A stretch of DNA of 64,000 nt from the human T2T-CHM13v2.0 reference genome, Homo sapiens. Every line of letters begins with the position of its first letter. The stretch's first letter is position 1. Position numbers and translations under genes: made by a program. Under the pieces are notes generated by a model. That model was not told the origin of the DNA. It saw nothing but the letters and a program-made list of their open reading frames with translations, and made no database searches. This document shows, piece after piece, positions 57,736 through 64,000 of this stretch. The stretch is taken from the NCBI RefSeq assembly GCF_009914755.1, contig NC_060948.1; one strand, written 5' to 3'.

Positions 57736-60000
57736 TTTCGGTGTCTAGATGTGGGGCTTGAGGTAAGTAAGATGTAAACTAAAAAATCTTTTTCTATTTT
57801 GTTTGTAAGTGTTTTCATTCTTGGACTTCTCCTGAGGATAGAGGAAACTCTTCAACACCCTACCCAAACAGCCCCAGGCACATGTGGGATGGTAGTTGAA
57901 TGGCAGCTCTTCATTCCCATCTCCTCTGGGCTGAAAAATGCCAGGCATTCATGGTGTCTTCATGTTCACCGACCAAGGGATCCAACCTCACCCAACAGCA
58001 TTAAGTTTTTCTCCTTGTTGAAGGAACTCATTTGCATAAGAAAGAAAATTGTCTTTCCTGCTCTACACTTAAGACTTTTTTTTTCTTTTCTTCATCCTGT
58101 CTGCAATTTACTTTTAAGCAGAAGGTTTTTTTGTTTTCTTCATATGAAATGTTTTGCCGGACAATGCCCCAATGATCACTGCTTATATTCTTTGTAGAGT
58201 TTTGATTGTGAATAGATGTTTCTCAGGTTGGTCTAGAGCTGTGGCCAATCTGGTGTGCTTTGTATGTCCTTCTCTATAGCTGTCAGAAAATTTTGCGCAG
58301 GCATCCATCTTGTTTTATGTTTTCAGGAACATGACCTGAACCAATGTGGCTCTGTTTTGTTTTGGCCTCTGCCATTTTACAATGGTGGCCCAGGTTTAAT
58401 CCTGGCTTAAGGAAAGAGTCTCTTCTGGTTTTATATCAGCATGTAACTTTTGCCCTTTGCTGATTCTCTTCCACTTAACAAACTGCCTTACTTTTTTTTT
58501 TTTTTTCCTCTGAGCACCTGGTAAGTTACTTTTGTTAAAATTTGAAAGCCAGAAACACTGGCTGCTTGGTGCTACTAGAGTCAGGTAATAAAAAAATTAA
58601 AAGGATATTCTTAAAGAGTCCTCAACTTAATTAAAAGTGGATATCCAAATTATAGGTATATTTAAAAGACCTTTATATTTTTCTTTTCCTGGATCTTGTT
58701 TTGCTGGTAGAAGTTTTTTTCTCAGTCAACTGAATCCTTTTTCTTCATTTTGTCTGGCCACTCTAATGCATGCATGAGAGGACAGTAATTCAATCTGGAA
58801 ATTGGCAAATAAAAAACCTTATGACAGCTGGGTGTGGTGGCTTATGCCTGTAATCTCAGCACTTTGGGAGGCTGAGGCAGGAGGACCACGAGGTCAGGAG
58901 ATAGAGGCCATCCAGGCTAACATGTTGAAACCCCATCTCTACTAAAAATACAAAAAATTAACCAGGTGGACGCCTGTAGTCCCAGCTACTCAGGAGGCTG
59001 AGCCAGGTGAATGGCGTGAGGTTGAGGTTGCAGAGGCAGAGGTTGCAGAGAGCCAAGATCGCGCCACTGCACTCCCGCCTGGGTGACAGAGCGAGACTCT
59101 GTCTCAAAACAACAACAACAACAACAACAAAAACCTTATAATTACTAGGTTTTCTTCAGCCTGTTTCTGTAGTTATATATATATGTTGTGTGTATGATGT
59201 CTATATAAAGAGGTCTAATAAATTTACTTAAAGAATGATAAGAACTTGGATCAAATATTTATTGAAGGGAAGAAAAAAGACATGTACCTTTTTGTTCACA
59301 TGACTTTTAATCTTTGAGAAATAAAAACAGCCTTAAAGATTATCAGTAGAACACAAATATCAATGTATCAGTGGGTGGACGAAATTATGCAGGTGAAATA
59401 CTAGATTTGCTAAATGTTTTAAGGTTATAAACAGCATTTTTGGTTTTTGAGAGCAGTTCAACTTTGCTTCACTGTTGGTAAGGCCTGAGGACAAATAGAA
59501 TTAACCATACCCTTAATTATGCTGAAAGGAGTCAAACCCTTGACTGCACCTAGCACATAATTAAAACAATTTACCTGGTTTTACATTAAAGTTAAAATTG
59601 CTAGAAGTTACCATTATAAGATGTAATTAAAAGCACTGGAAGTAGAGTTATATATGAGTAAATGATTTACATACAGTAAAATGTGTTTTTAATAAAAAAT
59701 TATAAGAAGGCATGAATATATAAATTCTTGCCTAGGGTAAAACATTTGTTCTCAATTAGATAAGATAAAGCTAACAGTTCAAACAAGCTGTGGAAGGATT
59801 GTTAAAATTAATCTTGCCAAAGGAATTCTTTTGTGAACATTAATTAAATTTAAAAAGTTATTATATGGGTTTTTTGTAAATTGAGGCTTGCAATAAAAAT
59901 ACAACAAAGTACTCTTAGGGCACAAATCTGTTCTTTAGCAAAATTTGTAAAGAATTATAGAAGGTTTTTGCTTTTTACATTTCTAAGTCATTTGGTTAAA
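57736..60000 (+). mobile_element. MER4-group non-autonomous ERV internal sequence
   Basis: follows LTR and PBS; typical MER4-int text ctcaacttaattaaaagtggatatccaa...tataggtatatttaaaag, ttacattaaagttaaaattgctag. Confidence 0.7.
58826..59128 (+). mobile_element. AluY-like with (CAA)n tail
   Basis: aatggcgtga, ggctaacatg; TSD aaaaaccttat(g/a)a at both ends. Confidence 0.92.
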
Positions 60001-60074
60001 AGATTGATTTAACCTAATTAATTAATTAATTAACATGCTTAGTGATACTGTCTCACTCTGGCCAATCTCAAAAT

Positions 60075-60484
60075 ATGCTCAGGTGCTTGCTGAAACCAAA
60101 GGGAATATAGAAAGGGTAGTAGAAGAAGGTAGTCATCAATACCAGGTACAACCACTTGATCAGCTGCAAAAGCGAGGGCTGTAACTGTATTTCCTTCTTC
60201 TTTTGTTAAAAAAATTTTTTTGTGTTTATACACTCATACTAAGAAAATATCTTTATTTCCTTTTTCCTTCATTATGTGTTATAAGATTTATTGACTTTGC
60301 ATTAGCACTTAAGTATTATTAACTTTACGTTATGGTATTTGGGTTGGGGATTTCTGCATTTCCAGTTGTGTGAAGAATAGTTGTATTATATTAGGCATAC
60401 TTGTGACCTTATTATTTTCCTTATTCAAAGATTGTGTATGATCTCAGGAGATATGTGTGGGTTCAAGTTGACAAGGGGTGGACT
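60075..60484 (+). mobile_element. HERVL internal 3' end with polypurine tract
   Basis: translates LAETKGNIERVVEEGSHQYQVQPLDQLQKRGL*; PPT gttgacaaggggtggact abuts the LTR. Confidence 0.85.
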
Positions 60485-60830
60485 TGTGATAGTTAATACT
60501 AAGTGTCAATGTGGTTAGATTGAAGAATGCAAAGAATTAATCCTTGGTGTCTCTGTGAGGGTGCTGCCAAAGGAGATTAACGTTTGAGTAAGTCAGCTGC
60601 AAAAGACAGACCCTCCCTTAATCCGAGTGGGCACCATCTTACTAGCTGCCAGCATAACTAGCTGCTGGCTAGAAAAATATGAAAAGATGAGACTGGCCTA
60701 GTCTCCTTGCCTACATCTTTCTTCCATGCTGGATGCTTTCTGTCCTCAAACATCAGGATCCAAGTCCTTTAGTTTTGGGGACCTGGATCAGCTCTCCTTG
60801 CTCCTCAGCTTGCAGATGACTTATTATGAA
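60485..60830 (+). mobile_element. MLT2A LTR (3' LTR of HERVL), 3'-truncated
   Basis: tgtgatagttaatactaagtgtcaa...gtgagggtgctgccaaaggagattaac...gctctccttgctcctcagcttgcaga. Confidence 0.88.
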
Positions 60831-60899
60831 ATGTTTGATGAATACAGCCATTCAAACTCTCCCCACAAACAGAGAGAAAGACATTCATCTTAACCTTGG

Positions 60900-63470
60900 T
60901 TTTCAGTTATAAAGAGCATAGATGTGATTCTTACTCTTTAATTTTATAGCCAAAATCTGTTATTATGTAGGTTTGACAGCAGAATGTATACCCTTTCTGT
61001 CACTTTCCAAAAACTCAGTGTAAGAATTGGCTGGAAAAAATCTTTTGTAGAGCTCCTGACTGCAGTACAACAAATATCCCTTTAAAAACCTTAAACTCAG
61101 GCCTTAAAGAATTTTCCTAAAGTTTAGATGATTCACATAAATATAAAAATATTGAAAAGTCATGAAAGAAACCAACACGAAAAATATAAGGAGAAACAAC
61201 AAGAACCATTTGAGAAATACTGCAGATCCTTTAATAAGCAGACATTGAATATAACATAACTAGCTTAATGAATTTTAAAAAATGAAACATTAATATTAAA
61301 AGTGTGGTCAAGTATTAAAAGATTATCTTAAAGGTTAAGATAGGTCTGAAAATCTGGAGAGAAAATAGAAATTTTAGATGCAATAAATACAATACTTGGA
61401 AAGTAAAAACTCAATAGAGCATTTAGAGAACAAAAGTCAGAAACAGTTTAATTCCTTGAAAGGCTTGAATGAGTAAACTTAAAATCAAGAAGAGAATTTT
61501 ATTCTCAGAAAAGAAAGAAAAATTCATAACCAATAAAATGACTTAAAAATGCTGAAAGATTTTCTAGAACAGAGACTTTCTCTATAAGAAATTTCTGGGA
61601 AAGAAAGAGAGGTCATTCTTGAAGAAACCTAGTAAAACAATGGCATGTAGTTATCAAAAACAGTGGATAATAATAATACATTTCATATAATTTAATGAAA
61701 TAAGATAGAGTTTAAAATATTATATTAAAACATCCAAAATAAAAAAATCAAAATAAAAGATGATAAGGTCTTGAATTTTTCTTAAAGCTGGTAAAGATCT
61801 TGATTAGATTTAAACATAATTAAGATATATTTCTTCAAGTCATGACAATATATAAAATGAGGAAAAAATACAACAGTTTAATACAACAAATTTTAAACAG
61901 GAGATGAAAGTGAAACCTAAGGACTAGAGCAAATATAAATAAAACTTAAAATTATAAACATATATCTAAATATTTGAATAAAAAGTTTAAATAAACATGC
62001 GTACTAAAAATATATATCTTTCTAAAAACTGGAGCTCTGTGCTGCTTATGAAACTTACATCAAACACAAGGCAAGAAACAGTTAATAAATTATGTAAATG
62101 GATATACTGGGTAAATTCCATGCCCTAGCAAACACTGCATGTTTTCAGATTTAAAGCAACAATTGATACTAAAGGAAAAATTATGGTAACCTAGATAACA
62201 AAACTTTCAGTAGACTAGGAGGATAATACAGTTTTAATCTACACTTCTAAAATATAGACAGCAAAAATTGTTTAAATCATAATATTCCAAGAAATTTAAA
62301 AATTAATTAAATAATTTAAACAATTCAATTATTTTAATTAACTTTAAATTAATTGAAATAATTAGTTGATTCAATTAATTATATCAATGAATTACATTAT
62401 AATGAAACATTTTAATACAACACTCCAAGATTATTGGTTCAGCAGAGGTTAAACTATGTAAGAAGCTATTTAAAAAACTTTATCCAATAGGCAGTTACAG
62501 GATATAGTATCTAGCAATGCACATTGTTCTAAAAACTCAGAAACATTTAAAGACATACTATGCCTTAAGGCAAGTCTCAATACATTTCAAAGGTCCATGT
62601 ATTATCAAGAACACATTCTGATTCCAATACAAACAATTATAAAAATATACATATTTTTAATCATGTAAATTGGAAATACATAATACAGACTTGTTAATAA
62701 CATATAAAAAACAAAATTTGAAATACAGAACTAAATAATAGTTTAAAATATTAAGTATCAGTACTTTTGGAATCCTGATAAAAGAAAAGTTAGTCATAAA
62801 AAAAAGGTTAACGTTTGGTGTTTCATGAAGAAATAAAAAAGGTGGCACTAATATGTGAATCATTTGTTATAGTTAGGAAAGGAAGAAACATGTACACCAA
62901 AAGAAAAAAGGCATAAATAAGAAAATAATGAACGAAGAGCAGAAGTTAATCAAATAGAAAAAGAATTAGTTCTTTGAGAAGATAACGAAGCTTACAGATC
63001 TCTGACCAGATTCACTGGGGAAAGAAAGAACACATAATATTAAGACATAAAGAAAGGGTATGCTCAGCTAGGCAGCAGAAATTTAGAAATACAGCAGTAT
63101 TAGAAACATCTTTACACAAACAAATTTTAATTCTTCAGTGAAACAGAAAAGTCTCTACAAAAAAGTCAGTTACCCAAACTAGGAACTAGGAAGAACTAAG
63201 AAACTGCACTTACTGTAGCATTTTGAAAAAAAATGTGTCCACATTTAAATTATCCCTATAAAAAAGTATTAGAATCAACTGCTTTTATAGTTGGATTCTA
63301 CTACACATTCAAGGAAATAAATATTTCTGAGAAGTGAAAAAGAGAAGAAAAACAATCCTAATTAATTTTCAAATGAATAATGTCTTGTTACTACTTTCAA
63401 ACAAACAGCATAAGAATTAAAAACAAAAAAGATTAATTTTACTTCACAACAATGTGAAAACATGAGCAAA
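60900..63470 (+). mobile_element. Ancient L1M (ORF1-ORF2 5' region), continues after MSTA to the window end
   Basis: A-rich degenerate motifs aaagtaaaaactcaataga, gcaagtctcaatacatttcaaagg, gttctttgagaagataac, ggattctactacacattcaagga. Confidence 0.6.
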
Positions 63471-63477
63471 ATATAAG

Positions 63478-63854
63478 CGTATTATTTTGTTTTCACACAG
63501 TTGTAAAGAAACACCTGATACTGGGTAATTTATAAAGAAAGGAGACCTAATTGGCTTATAGTTTCTCAGGCTGTGCAGGAGGCATGGCTAGGAGGTCTCA
63601 GAAAACTTAAGATTATGTGAGAGGGCCAAGGGAAAGCAAGTGTGTCTTCACATGGTGGCAGGGAAGAGAGTGTAAAGGGTGAAGTGCTGCACATTTTCAA
63701 AAAATTCCATCTCATGAGAACTCATTTGCTATCATGAGAACCTAAAGAGAAATTCTGCTCCCATGATCCAATCACCTCCAACCAGGCCCCCCTCCAAAAC
63801 ACGAGGGTTAAAATTCAGCATGAGATTGGGTTAAAACAGAGCCAAACCATATCA
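63478..63854 (-). mobile_element. MaLR LTR, MSTA-like solo LTR
   Basis: ctgggtaatttataaagaaa...catgatccaatcacctcc...acagagccaaaccatatca; TSD ataag/atgag. Confidence 0.9.
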
Positions 63855-64000
63855 ATGAGCAAACAAATGTAAGGTTATACATCATAACCACATATCTACA
63901 CTAAATTTATTTCAAAGAGAAAGGAGGGGCTCAACTTAAGGAAATCTATTTATTTAATGCATCATACGTATATATTAAAGTAGGAAAAAGTATAATTACA

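Noticed and set aside
57799-58197. 132-aa ORF after the ERV1 PBS
   Set aside because: No gag motifs; it lies in the leader of a non-autonomous MER4-group element.

Overview
Primate (hominine) genomic DNA, AT-rich and almost entirely repeat-derived, with no intact host protein-coding gene. It is most likely from a Y-chromosome (or KRAB-ZNF-cluster-type) beta-satellite region; this is an inference. Left flank (1-17.7 kb): a full-length, disabled L1PA2-type element (minus strand) with intact ORF0, a 5'-inverted L1PA4-type element, Alus and old L1M. Centre (~17.7-55.8 kb): a ~38-kb degenerate beta-satellite (BSR)-like array with nested periodicity. ~35-bp half-units make ~70-bp monomers, which make a ~4.8-kb higher-order unit (9 copies), itself arranged as a duplicated four-unit block A-B-C-D / A'-B'-C'-D' plus E. 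The array is interrupted by a deleted HERV-K11 (HML-8, MER11 LTR) provirus, an LTR22 solo LTR and four Alus. Its minus strand carries splice-site-flanked segments resembling, in gene order, the exons of the Y gene BPY2/VCY2. Its plus strand resembles the TTTY12 putative peptide. Both reference sequences were recalled from memory and need a BLAST check. Right flank: a 5'-inverted L1MA, a MER4-group ERV1, HERVL/MLT2A, old L1M and MSTA.
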